A stretch of DNA of 64,000 nucleotides from Spirochaetaceae bacterium (GTDB taxonomy: Bacteria; Spirochaetota; Spirochaetia; DSM-2461): contig JAOPTT010000004.1 in assembly GCA_051531975.1 (NCBI GenBank), positions 1 to 64,000 on the forward strand. The letters run 5' to 3'. This document shows positions 10,791 through 21,064 of this stretch, piece after piece. A model generated the notes under the pieces. The model made no database searches, was not told the DNA's origin, and saw nothing but the letters and a program-made list of their open reading frames with translations. The position numbers were made by a program, and so were the translations under genes. The number at the start of each line of letters is the position of its first letter. Position 1 is the first letter of the stretch.

Positions 10791-12375
10791 GGTATTTCTT
10801 TGGGGAGACCCCTACATATTTTTTAAAACAGTGACTAAAGTAATATACATCTTTAAACCCACACTTTCCTGCGACCTCTATTATTCTATCACCTGTAAAT
10901 TTTAATAACTCTTTTGCTTTTTCAATTCTAACCATTGTTAAGTATTTTACAAAAGTTGTCTCTTTGTTTTTTTTAAAAAGCAGACTCATATAGGAAATAC
11001 TGAGTCCTAGATCATCACAAACTATTTCCATAGATATTGTAGGGTCGTTAAAGTGGCTATGTATATATTTAATAGCACTATCTAAAAGTTTCTGAGAATT
11101 AGACATTTTGGTTTTTACGTTGGACTCTCTTAATTTTAATAAAGTTGCTAAGAACCAGTCAAAAATTTGTTCTAATGATGTGAATTCTAACATTGTCTCT
11201 AACAGATCAGCACCAATAAGACTACTAAGATCAGCCTCTATTGAATCAGCAAAGTTTATTATAACATTCATCATGTTTATCATGTATTGGTGATAGTTCG
11301 TTACTGTTTTACTATCTCTTAGTGCATTTAGTTTAATAGAGTCTATAACATTTCTAATCTCACCCTCAGATCCAAACTTAACACTGTATTCGATATTTTT
11401 AATATCAATCTCGCTTAGGCTAAGTATTTTGGGTTTGTTTTCTTCTAACTGATTTATATATATTATTCGCCCTGTATTTAAGAACTTGCTATACTCAATG
11501 GCTTTTTCAGCTTCTTCGTATGCTGTAGTTAATGATGCAAATTTTGTATAGAGGTTACTAATCCCAATGTCTATTTTTGTTGATAAGAACTTTTGTGACA
11601 TTTTAACCATCTCATAAAATACACTATCAATCTCTTTTAAGAAGAAATTTCCTTTTTCTTTTATTATTAAGATGATTCCACTATTAAAAAGAAAACTGTA
11701 GTGTTCGTATCCATACCTTTCGAGCATTGAAGTTGTTGCAGACCTTACTGAGTATTTTGCTTTCTCAAACTCCATAATATCCCAAGACTTTTCTGTTTTT
11801 TCAATTTTAATAAATGATAATAGATAGTTTTTATCATCTAAAGATATGCCATAACTTTTTAAGTTTTCAATCTCTTCACCCTTTTCACTTCTTGAGGAGA
11901 CTAGGAATGAACTAAAATAGTTATCTATTACTAAAGGAATGCTCTCTTCATATCTTTTTCTTAAAATATCTCTGTTATAATTCTCTTTAAATTCATTATC
12001 TAATTCAATTTTTAGCTTTTTTAAAAACTTAGATATATCATTTTGAGTTATAGGTTTGGTTAAGTAGCTAATAACATTTAGTTCTATTGCCTCTCTAGCG
12101 TAATCAAACTCATCGTACCCTGTAATAAAGGCAACCCTTGTTGTTGGAAAATCTCGTTTAATGGTTGCAGCAAGCTCAATTCCGTCAATAAAAGGCATTT
12201 TTATATCTGTTAGAACTACATGGGGGGAGTGTTTTTCTATTAAATCTAAGGCATCGTATCCATTTCCTGCAGCTCCAACGACAGTAAAACCACTTTCGGT
12301 AGATATTTTAGATGAAATTCTTCCTCTAACTTCATCTTCATCATCTACCAAGATCATTTTATAAAAATCTTCCAC
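10774..12375 (-). CDS. YesN-type response regulator (REC and AraC HTH)
   Basis: LVDDE...TDIKMP receiver; C-terminal GFKDVYYFSHCFKKYVGVSP. Confidence 0.92.
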   Translation of the reverse strand: MEDFYKMILVDDEDEVRGRISSKISTESGFTVVGAAGNGYDALDLIEKHSPHVVLTDIKMPFIDGIELAATIKRDFPTTRVAFITGYDEFDYAREAIELNVISYLTKPITQNDISKFLKKLKIELDNEFKENYNRDILRKRYEESIPLVIDNYFSSFLVSSRSEKGEEIENLKSYGISLDDKNYLLSFIKIEKTEKSWDIMEFEKAKYSVRSATTSMLERYGYEHYSFLFNSGIILIIKEKGNFFLKEIDSVFYEMVKMSQKFLSTKIDIGISNLYTKFASLTTAYEEAEKAIEYSKFLNTGRIIYINQLEENKPKILSLSEIDIKNIEYSVKFGSEGEIRNVIDSIKLNALRDSKTVTNYHQYMINMMNVIINFADSIEADLSSLIGADLLETMLEFTSLEQIFDWFLATLLKLRESNVKTKMSNSQKLLDSAIKYIHSHFNDPTISMEIVCDDLGLSISYMSLLFKKNKETTFVKYLTMVRIEKAKELLKFTGDRIIEVAGKCGFKDVYYFSHCFKKYVGVSPKKYREETN

Positions 12376-12438
12376 GTTAACCCTCTGTTAAATAATATTA
12401 TATTAGACTTATACTATAGAGTAGGATAGGGCGTGGAT

Positions 12439-14496
12439 TCAGTCAATCTTATAATTTAATGTTCTTACAGAATTAAGTATCGCTATAAGTCCAACACCTA
12501 CATCTGCAAATATCGCCAGCCATAATCCTGCAATACCTATTATTCCTAACGTCATGATAATAACTTTAAAACCCAAAGCAATAATTATATTTTGTATTAT
12601 TATTTTTTTTGTAAACTTAGAAATCTTGATAGCTGTAATTATCTTAGATGGCTCATCTGTCATTATAACAATATCTGAAGCCTCAATTGCTACATCTGAA
12701 CCAAGTCCACCCATGGAAACACCAACATAGGAAGAGGCTAAAACCGGGGCGTCATTAATTCCATCTCCTACAAATAGTACTTTTTCTGTTTTACCTAGAT
12801 CTTTTATAAAGTTAGCTTTATCTAATGGTAATTGGCTGTGTTTTATATTTGTTATATTTAACTCTTTACCAATACTTAGAGCTGCTTCTTTATTATCCCC
12901 AGTTAACATATATATGTTGTTTTCTCCTAACTCTTTTACAAGTCTGTGAGAATCCTCTTTAACTACATCTGCTAGAGTTAGTGTGCCTAAATGTATGTTG
13001 TTTTTTGATATATATACCTTTGTCCCTGACTTTTTGTTATTGTTTAATATTTTAATCCCTCTCTGTATTAGAAATTCTTTTTTTCCACCAAGATATATAC
13101 TATTTTGGTATTCTGCTTCTATTCCGTTTCCACTAACTTCTATATATTTCTGAGGTTCATCTATATCTGTTACATTGCAATATTGTGTAATCGCTTGGGC
13201 AATAGGGTGATTAGACTTGTGTTCCACCTTAAATGCTGCATCTAATAACTCATCTACGTTTGATTCAGGTGTAGTGAATATATCAACAACAGTAAAAAGT
13301 CCTTTTGTTAACGTCCCTGTTTTATCAAATACAAACTTAGTAACACTATTTAATGCTTCTAAATATGAACTACCTTTAATTAGTATTCCTTCTCTACTGG
13401 AACGACCGATTCCTCCAAAATAACCAAGAGGAACTGATATTACTAATGCACATGGACAAGATATAACTAAAAATATTAAAGATTTATATATAGACTGATC
13501 ATATGTCCAAGAGGTAAAAAGTGGAGTTAATACTGCAATTGCTAGAGCTGTAAAAACAACTATTGGAGTATATACTTTGGAGAATTTGGTTATGAAGTTT
13601 TCTGTGGTTGTTTTTTTTGATGATTCGTTTTGAACCATCTCTAGTATCTTTGATATGGTTGAATCTTTAAATGTTTTTGATACTTCTACTTTTATATTAC
13701 CTGTAAGATTTACAAATCCACTTAATACCTCAGCATCTTCTTGAATATTTCTTGGAATAGATTCTCCTGTAATCGTTTTGGTATCCACAGTTGTAATTCC
13801 ACTAAGTATAACTCCATCAATTGGAATCTTTTCTCCAGGTCGAACTTCAATAATATCCCCAGGTTTTACGGTTTCTGGTTTAACTATTTCACCATTTTCT
13901 AATCGAGCAAAATCAGGTTTTATGCTAAGTAGAGATTTTATTGATTTTTTTGTTCTTCCTACTGCTAAATCTTGAAAGAATTCACCTAACTGAAAGAAGA
14001 TCATAACCCCAACACCTTCAGCTACCTCACCAACAATAAATGCACCTATTGTCGCTATGCTCATTAAGAAAAATTCATCGAAGAACCTACCTTTTATAAT
14101 ATTTTTTATTGCCCTAAGAAGCACATCAAATCCAGAAATGAGGTATGCCATAGTTAGTAGTGGAATTTGAATGTAAAGATTATTTCCTGACAATAGACCT
14201 ACAATAAAAAGTGGTAGAGATAGACATAACTTAATTAGACTTCTATTTTTTTCTAAAAAACTTTCTTCTTTTTCAGTTCCAGAAGTTCTTAATAATACTC
14301 CAGGTTCTATATCATCTACTATTTTTTGTAGAGTATTCAAAGAATAATTTCTACTGTTTTCCATTTTGACAAAAATATTACCAAAAGCAAAGTTTATTTT
14401 TGCTTCTTTTATCCACGGTACAGCATTTATTTTAGCTTCTATTTTATTTGCACATGACGCACAGTTTAGTCCGTCTATTTCAATTATTTTATCCAT
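12439..14496 (-). CDS. cadA: Heavy-metal P1B-type ATPase (Cd/Zn/Co, CadA/ZntA-like)
   Basis: HMA motif CASC, TGES, SCPC, DKTGT, GDGIND. Confidence 0.88.
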   Translation of the reverse strand: MDKIIEIDGLNCASCANKIEAKINAVPWIKEAKINFAFGNIFVKMENSRNYSLNTLQKIVDDIEPGVLLRTSGTEKEESFLEKNRSLIKLCLSLPLFIVGLLSGNNLYIQIPLLTMAYLISGFDVLLRAIKNIIKGRFFDEFFLMSIATIGAFIVGEVAEGVGVMIFFQLGEFFQDLAVGRTKKSIKSLLSIKPDFARLENGEIVKPETVKPGDIIEVRPGEKIPIDGVILSGITTVDTKTITGESIPRNIQEDAEVLSGFVNLTGNIKVEVSKTFKDSTISKILEMVQNESSKKTTTENFITKFSKVYTPIVVFTALAIAVLTPLFTSWTYDQSIYKSLIFLVISCPCALVISVPLGYFGGIGRSSREGILIKGSSYLEALNSVTKFVFDKTGTLTKGLFTVVDIFTTPESNVDELLDAAFKVEHKSNHPIAQAITQYCNVTDIDEPQKYIEVSGNGIEAEYQNSIYLGGKKEFLIQRGIKILNNNKKSGTKVYISKNNIHLGTLTLADVVKEDSHRLVKELGENNIYMLTGDNKEAALSIGKELNITNIKHSQLPLDKANFIKDLGKTEKVLFVGDGINDAPVLASSYVGVSMGGLGSDVAIEASDIVIMTDEPSKIITAIKISKFTKKIIIQNIIIALGFKVIIMTLGIIGIAGLWLAIFADVGVGLIAILNSVRTLNYKID

Positions 14497-14513
14497 AATT
14501 TATTATATACCTC

Positions 14514-14549
14514 ATTTTCACAATTAAGCAACCACTTAACTGTGAAAAT
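14514..14549. promoter_or_regulatory. 15-6-15 inverted repeat immediately upstream of the cadA RBS (candidate operator or RNA hairpin)
   Basis: ATTTTCACAATTAAG-caacca-CTTAACTGTGAAAAT, 14 of 15 positions paired. Confidence 0.6.
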
Positions 14550-14551
14550 AT

Positions 14552-14580
14552 AAAAAAGGAACAGTGTTTTAGCTGTCCCT
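14552..14580 (-). terminator. Terminator of the malQ-amylase operon
   Basis: Minus strand reads GGGACAG-ctaaaaca-CTGTTCC-TTTTTT. Confidence 0.7.
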
Positions 14581-14604
14581 TTATCATCATTATTTTTTAA
14601 CGAC

Positions 14605-17600
14605 TTATTTTGCAACCTTTTTAGTGGCAGTTTTTTTAGTAATCTTTTTAGTTGGAGCTTTTTTCTTTTTAGGTATATTTTTTTCTGATTCAATTAATAC
14701 TATAAGTTTAGTGAATTTATATTCAGAATTTTCCATTAAAAGAGTTCCAGCTTCTTTTGTTACTGTTTTACTGCTACATGTTTCTATTATAGTTTCTAGA
14801 GTTGTAATATAATTATCTCTGTTAAACCATTTTACACCATCGTACTCATGCACACCAATTGATTCTTCTACTATTCTAGTTCCAAGAAGTTCTAGGAAAG
14901 TTAAGTTCTTATATTCTCTTAAATAGATAATAAGTTTAATTTTTTTAACATCATCACAAAAACTGGAAAATAACCATTCATCAATAATATCAATTTTTAA
15001 AAGATTTGAAATTTCTATTATCATAGTAACTTTAAAATTTAAGTTATCTTCTATATCTAGCTGTTTAGTTAGTGCAGGTGCTAATTTTTTAGCATCAATT
15101 GCCACTAGATACTCTTCTAAAGTCTCTGGCGTTATCACTTTCGAAGTGAAAATTTCTTTTGTTTTAGAAAATATATCACCTAAAGCCATCTGCCTTACAG
15201 CTAAATGAATATCTTTAAAACCTCTTCCATCTAAATCGTGGTGTAGTTTGGCATAAAACCCCTCTTTTACATCTTTAATTTCATGGATATCTAAAAATAC
15301 TTGAGATTCGTAACCCTTTAAGCCAAAAAACATACCCTCTTCCCCAAGTTGTTTACTACTTCTGATATAGGTTAGTCCATCCCTTTGGTTTGTAAGTAGA
15401 CAAAAATAGTCTCCATCATAATGTAGTCCAAAACTGTCACTTAGTTCTATTACAGAGGTATATCTATTATCTGAACTTTTTACTAATTTTTGCTCTGAGT
15501 GATTTATCCAACCATTTGCAGCTGTTTCACTGTTGTTATATAAGACAAGAGAACGTTCTCCATCATATTTATTAGTATAAGCAAAGACATTATTATTAGT
15601 ATTGTTATGTCCATCTTTAAAAGGGTAGAGGTTAAAGTTCTCAACCTCTGAAAATTGTTCCCTTTTTCTCATTAATGGGAATATCAGCTGGTTATGCCCT
15701 TCAACTAATCCTTGGTCTACTTCTTCGTCCCAATAAGCTTTTGAGTACTCCATCCCGTACTTTTCTTTATATCCTTCAATTTGACCATGGCCAAACATTG
15801 GTAATCCTGGAAGTGTTACCATTAAAGTACAAACTCCAAAATATTTATCTCCAGAACCAAATTGTTCAATTGCCGTATCTTCGTCTGGGTTATTCATAAA
15901 GTTAACATAACGTTTTAATATATCAGGATCAAAAATAATTGTATTTATTAGTGAGTCTCTATATTTCTGATTTTCTTCATTTTTAAGCATATTCATAAAT
16001 GCTGAGTTATACACTCTATGCATTCCAAGTGTTCTTACAAAATAACTTTCTAACATCCAGAATGCTTCTGCAAGCAGTAGGGTTTCAGGTGCTTCGACTG
16101 CAATTCTATCTACAACTTCTCTCCAGAATTCTATTGGTAATAAACGGTCAAAATCTTCTTGGCTTATTACATAATCCGATCTACTAGCAATATCTCCACC
16201 GTGCCCTGGTCTTGGATACCACAATCTTTGTATATGTTTTTTTGCCAAGGTCATAGCTGCATCAAATCTTATTATTGGGAAGTTTTTTGCAACATGAAGT
16301 ATGTCTTGAATTACAGCTTCTCTTACTTCTTCTTTTAAAAAATCAATTTGTGCTGTGTCGTTCCAGGGCATCATAGTTCCATCGTTACCATGATATATGT
16401 ACCTAGTATCTCCACTATTAAAGTCTACTCTTTTAAAAACAACTGCTGCGTCATCTTTACTGTAGTAGTGATCCTCTAAATATATTCCTATATTAGGATC
16501 ATCTGATAAATTTTCACTATTAAATGTATAGGTAGGAAAAGGTGGGTGGTCAGCTTGAATAAAATAATCAGGTTTTGATCTTACCCATTCACTATCTATA
16601 CCAGTATGGTTTGGAACCATGTCACTTGCTAATCTGATTCCTCGTTTTGCACATCTTTTCCGTAATACTTCAATTCCACTCCAGCCACCTAGACCTTCAT
16701 TTATATCGTAGTTATATAGAGAATATGCAGATGCTACAGCTTCTGGGTTTCCACACCTTATTTTAATTTTTTTAGATGCTTCACTTCTATTCCAAAGCCC
16801 AATTAACCATAAACCGTTAAAACCCTCTCTAGCTAAAAGATCTAACTCTTCATCTGGTATTTGGCAAAGAGTTGTAATCTCTTTTTTATATTTTTTACTT
16901 AACTGATCTAGCCAAACCATAGCACTTTTTGCAATTAACATTACATTTGGCATCCAGTGTTTATCTATAGTAAAATTTTCAATATCTTCTGCTTGTTCAT
17001 GATATGTTTGAGTAAATGTCTCTACTGGGCCATTAAAACCACCAAAGAAACCTGGCTTATTATCCTCTTTAATTGAGTCTATAGCCTTTAGCATTTTTAT
17101 GTTGAACTCTGAAATAAGAACACCCCAATGGCCCATAATAAACTTGAGCTGTTCTGAAATTGAATTTGGACAGGCTAATGCAGGAGCTCTTAATAGATCA
17201 TATAAACTTGAACCTGGGTTTACTGAACCAGCATCCATTGCAGGCACTTCTGAAACTCTTTTTTTACACCCTTCAATAAGTATATCGTATTTAGTATTTT
17301 TTCTTAAAATTGACTCATCAAATAGCTCTGAGAACATATTAAGTGCTGGATTTAAATTTGTAATGTGTAATAACAGCATCTCTTCTAAGATTATCTCTTT
17401 AAAACTAACCCCATGTCTGTTATTTCTATTTAAAAATTGCTCTGGAGTCTCTTTACCTTTTATTATGGAAGATCCTGGAAACTCTCTAACAAAAGTCAAA
17501 AGAGTTTTATCTAGTTGATCGATGCCAATTGTAGTTTTAAGATCTGTGAGTATATTTTTAAAAAGATCTGGAGCCCTGTTTTGTCTATGCTCAGCAATTA

Positions 17601-17850
17601 CAAAGTGTAGAAGTTCGTCCATTAACCCCATAGCAAAGACATCCGAGGCATTTACACCGTTGTTTGTTACTGAGTTTATTTTATTAGCAAAAACCCGGGC
17701 TCCATATATATTAGAAAATATCACATTCCCTGTTAATGAGAAAAGTTCTTCGTCAAAATCATATTTTTCCCGAGATTTTCCAGAGATATGAAACTCCATA
17801 GATCTATCCACTTTATATTTTGTGGTTTTGAGCAATTTTAATTTTATCAT
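14605..17850 (-). CDS. Large GH13 alpha-amylase-family glycosidase with Lys-rich C-terminal tail
   Basis: GH13 regions DMVPNH, IRFDAAM, LLAEAFW and NNPDE. Confidence 0.85.
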   Translation of the reverse strand: MIKLKLLKTTKYKVDRSMEFHISGKSREKYDFDEELFSLTGNVIFSNIYGARVFANKINSVTNNGVNASDVFAMGLMDELLHFVIAEHRQNRAPDLFKNILTDLKTTIGIDQLDKTLLTFVREFPGSSIIKGKETPEQFLNRNNRHGVSFKEIILEEMLLLHITNLNPALNMFSELFDESILRKNTKYDILIEGCKKRVSEVPAMDAGSVNPGSSLYDLLRAPALACPNSISEQLKFIMGHWGVLISEFNIKMLKAIDSIKEDNKPGFFGGFNGPVETFTQTYHEQAEDIENFTIDKHWMPNVMLIAKSAMVWLDQLSKKYKKEITTLCQIPDEELDLLAREGFNGLWLIGLWNRSEASKKIKIRCGNPEAVASAYSLYNYDINEGLGGWSGIEVLRKRCAKRGIRLASDMVPNHTGIDSEWVRSKPDYFIQADHPPFPTYTFNSENLSDDPNIGIYLEDHYYSKDDAAVVFKRVDFNSGDTRYIYHGNDGTMMPWNDTAQIDFLKEEVREAVIQDILHVAKNFPIIRFDAAMTLAKKHIQRLWYPRPGHGGDIASRSDYVISQEDFDRLLPIEFWREVVDRIAVEAPETLLLAEAFWMLESYFVRTLGMHRVYNSAFMNMLKNEENQKYRDSLINTIIFDPDILKRYVNFMNNPDEDTAIEQFGSGDKYFGVCTLMVTLPGLPMFGHGQIEGYKEKYGMEYSKAYWDEEVDQGLVEGHNQLIFPLMRKREQFSEVENFNLYPFKDGHNNTNNNVFAYTNKYDGERSLVLYNNSETAANGWINHSEQKLVKSSDNRYTSVIELSDSFGLHYDGDYFCLLTNQRDGLTYIRSSKQLGEEGMFFGLKGYESQVFLDIHEIKDVKEGFYAKLHHDLDGRGFKDIHLAVRQMALGDIFSKTKEIFTSKVITPETLEEYLVAIDAKKLAPALTKQLDIEDNLNFKVTMIIEISNLLKIDIIDEWLFSSFCDDVKKIKLIIYLREYKNLTFLELLGTRIVEESIGVHEYDGVKWFNRDNYITTLETIIETCSSKTVTKEAGTLLMENSEYKFTKLIVLIESEKNIPKKKKAPTKKITKKTATKKVAK

Positions 17851-17858
17851 TGTTAAAC

Positions 17859-19802
17859 CTATCCTCTTTTGCTTAATAGTTCTTGTACTTTATTTGTAAA
17901 CGAGCTGTTTAATATCAATTCTTCAATTGTGAAATCCATTCTATAACTCCAGTTATATTCAGTTACTGTTCCTGGAACATTAATTCGTTCTTTGTCCATA
18001 TCTTTTCTTCGTAACTTACCATCTAGAGCAAGAAGGTCCTGGAATTGAAACATCGCTATCTGAGATGTGGTTTTTAATAACGCTTCATACATTTTAGATA
18101 TCTGTTCTGGAGTAGCTTCATCACCTAACCTTTCAGAGAGGTTTAATGCACCAGATATTTCGTCTTTATTAAATTCAGTCCACCACTGTCTTACTGTTGT
18201 AGAGTCATGTACTGCTGGAGTTGAAACAGATAAGTAGTTATACTCTTCTGGTTTCATAAATGGTTCACCATAGTCATTATATCTTTTAGACCACCTAGTA
18301 ACGTGTAGCCCTAATATGCCTAGTTCAGTTAAAACTTCTGGAACACATTGTGGAATTGTTCCTAAGTCTTCGGCACATACAAGCATATTTTCACTCTCTT
18401 TCATGAACTTTAGAAGTTTTGATCCTTGTATTTTCCAAAGATCCATCGAACTGTTTGTCTTTGAATTTAACAGTTCCCCTAAAAGATGTTTTTCAAAGTC
18501 GGATAATGTATGATACGCTCTTGAATTATAATAGAACCACGTTGGAATATAATTATTAGAATCGATTTTTATTAAGGTAATATTTCTAAAAAAATGGGAC
18601 ATTTTATCTTTTGCTTCATCAGAAATACATTCTAAATTATAGATATCGTTTTCAGAAGTTATTTCATCGTTAAATAGATAGAGATCTTCTGCTCCTATCT
18701 GGCTTAACATATGTTTAATAGCTTCGTTAGATTCTAGTCCAAGACTCTCCCTTAGTTCATGACCAGGAACATGGGGTTTTGTTAACCATGTTAGCCTAGA
18801 TCCATCAATTCCTATATTAGTGAGGTCTTCTAAAGATAAAAAGTTGTTTGGACTATAATAACCCATACTTCCAGAGTTGTATTGTTCAGGAATTGTCCAG
18901 ATTCTAAAAAATCCTAGAACATGGTCAATTCTATATACATGATAAAATTTAGCAGCTTGTTTTAGTCTATCTTTCCACCATTTATAGTTATCTTTTTCCA
19001 TAGATTTCCAGGAATAGGTAGGGAACCCCCAGTTCTGGCCATTAGCAGAGAACATGTCAGGTGGAGCACCAGCTCTATTTGTTGTATTGAATATCTCTCT
19101 AGATTCCCAAACATCAGCACTATCAACGTTCATAAGAATAGGGATATCTCCTTTTAAGTTAATTCCTATCTCTTGTAAGTATTTAGATGCTTCAGTTAAT
19201 TGTTTTTCTAGGTAATATTGAACCCAGGAATAGAAAAGAACTTTATCCTGGTTATCCACATATAACTTTTCCATATCTTTAGAGGTTGGATTTTGGAATT
19301 TTTTCCAATCCTCCCATGAAATATTTTTGTTTTTTTCTTTAAGGAATGAAAAAACAGCATAACACTTTATCCATCGGTTGTTTTTTTCCCATGTCTTTAT
19401 TTTTTTGCTTTTTTTTATCGTTTCAATATTTTCTTTGTATATTTTTTTAAGTAGAGACATTTTGTCTTTTAAAATTCCGTTAAAATTGACACTTGGTTTT
19501 GAATTCCACTTTTTACTTATTTTCTCCATATCTTTTTTATATAACTTTGACTCTGGCAGACTGGAGATTCTTATATATATAGGATGTAGTGCAAATGCAC
19601 TTAGGGCACTGTATGGGGAACTTTCAGAGCCAGTGTCATTCACTGGTAAAAGTTGTATTAAATCTAAACCTGAATTTTTACACCAATCTCCAAATAGTTT
19701 AAGATCTGTAAACTCTCCAATACCACAACTTTTTTCACTTCTAATAGATGAAACAGGAATAGCAGCTCCTGTTACAAATTTTTTATCAATGGAGTATTTC
19801 AT
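17859..19802 (-). CDS. malQ: 4-alpha-glucanotransferase (amylomaltase, GH77)
   Basis: GDIPI, GAPPDMFSANGQNWGFP, YRIDHVLGFFR, AEDLG, HD. Confidence 0.92.
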   Translation of the reverse strand: MKYSIDKKFVTGAAIPVSSIRSEKSCGIGEFTDLKLFGDWCKNSGLDLIQLLPVNDTGSESSPYSALSAFALHPIYIRISSLPESKLYKKDMEKISKKWNSKPSVNFNGILKDKMSLLKKIYKENIETIKKSKKIKTWEKNNRWIKCYAVFSFLKEKNKNISWEDWKKFQNPTSKDMEKLYVDNQDKVLFYSWVQYYLEKQLTEASKYLQEIGINLKGDIPILMNVDSADVWESREIFNTTNRAGAPPDMFSANGQNWGFPTYSWKSMEKDNYKWWKDRLKQAAKFYHVYRIDHVLGFFRIWTIPEQYNSGSMGYYSPNNFLSLEDLTNIGIDGSRLTWLTKPHVPGHELRESLGLESNEAIKHMLSQIGAEDLYLFNDEITSENDIYNLECISDEAKDKMSHFFRNITLIKIDSNNYIPTWFYYNSRAYHTLSDFEKHLLGELLNSKTNSSMDLWKIQGSKLLKFMKESENMLVCAEDLGTIPQCVPEVLTELGILGLHVTRWSKRYNDYGEPFMKPEEYNYLSVSTPAVHDSTTVRQWWTEFNKDEISGALNLSERLGDEATPEQISKMYEALLKTTSQIAMFQFQDLLALDGKLRRKDMDKERINVPGTVTEYNWSYRMDFTIEELILNSSFTNKVQELLSKRG

Positions 19803-19861
19803 TTTATTTCTCCTCTGTTTTATATTTTTTTATATTTTATTATATTCAATAATAGTTGTTT

Positions 19862-20872
19862 TTAAGCCGTAGTAACTTGGTTTTTACCGTTGTTTTTAGA
19901 TATATATAGATACTCATCAGCTCTTTTAATTACATCTTCAGGTATAAAATCAATGTCGTTATCAAATTCTGCAACACCTAGTGAAATCGTTATCCTAATC
20001 TCTTGATCACCTGATTTAATTCTCAGATCCTCAACTCCTTGTCTAATTCTTTCTGCGACAACTATGGCATTATCAAGGATTGTCTCTCTGAGCATTACGA
20101 CAAACTCCTCTCCTCCATATCTAGCAGCTACATCGTGGGTTCTAATTGCTTGTTTAATTATATCTGCAACAGCAATTATTGCATCATCCCCAGTTTGATG
20201 GCCATATGTATCGTTAACTTTTTTAAAGTCGTCTATATCCATCATTAATATAACAAATTGATGGTCTCCTACTTTTATACACTCATCCATAAATTTAGTC
20301 AGGTAGTGTTTCACTTTTAGCTCAGTCATCATATCCATTGTTGCCATATCAAATAGAATGGAGTTTTGTATCGCAATGGAAGCATAAAAACCAATTTGAG
20401 ACAAAAACTCTTTTTCAGATTTTTCTATTGGTTCAGAATCTATTCTTCCACCTAATAAAACTAATCCAGCAATTTTATCGTTAATAACCAGAGGGATTAT
20501 TAGTTCTAGATGCTCATTTATATATATCTTAAGTTCCTCGGTGCATAGACTTAAAACCGGAGCAAATTCTGACGGTGTCAGACATTTTCTACTTTTAGTA
20601 ATTGATTCTATAATTAGGTTCTGGCAATTAATTTGAATAGGTATATCAGGAGTTATATCAAAACCCATATAATTTCTTTGCAATGAAATAGTTTCTGGTT
20701 CAATTTCTTTACCAATATAAAGTGCAGCTTTAACACATCTGGCCTGGGCCATAAATGAAAAAAGTATTGAATCTACAAGTTTTCTGAAGTTAAGAGTTGA
20801 GTTTAAAACTTTTGTTATTTCTAAGAGTTGTTGTAATTCATATATTGTCTTCTCTAGTTTTTCTATTTCCAC
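19862..20872 (-). CDS. GAF-GGDEF diguanylate cyclase
   Basis: DIDDFKKVNDTYGH, RxxD I-site (RTHD), GGEEF. Confidence 0.9.
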   Translation of the reverse strand: MEIEKLEKTIYELQQLLEITKVLNSTLNFRKLVDSILFSFMAQARCVKAALYIGKEIEPETISLQRNYMGFDITPDIPIQINCQNLIIESITKSRKCLTPSEFAPVLSLCTEELKIYINEHLELIIPLVINDKIAGLVLLGGRIDSEPIEKSEKEFLSQIGFYASIAIQNSILFDMATMDMMTELKVKHYLTKFMDECIKVGDHQFVILMMDIDDFKKVNDTYGHQTGDDAIIAVADIIKQAIRTHDVAARYGGEEFVVMLRETILDNAIVVAERIRQGVEDLRIKSGDQEIRITISLGVAEFDNDIDFIPEDVIKRADEYLYISKNNGKNQVTTA

Positions 20873-21064
20873 TACATAAACATACTCTTACAGAGTAGAG
20901 TTTTCAAGAATTAAATAATTTTTTTGTTGCGAAACGGCTTTAAATTACTGTAATTGGGCAAAATAACTGAGCATACTTTTGTAATCTTAATTTTAGTTTG
21001 ACAAGTACTAATTTGTTCACCTATTATAGTTACCATATTACAAAATATATTATTTGGAGAATAA

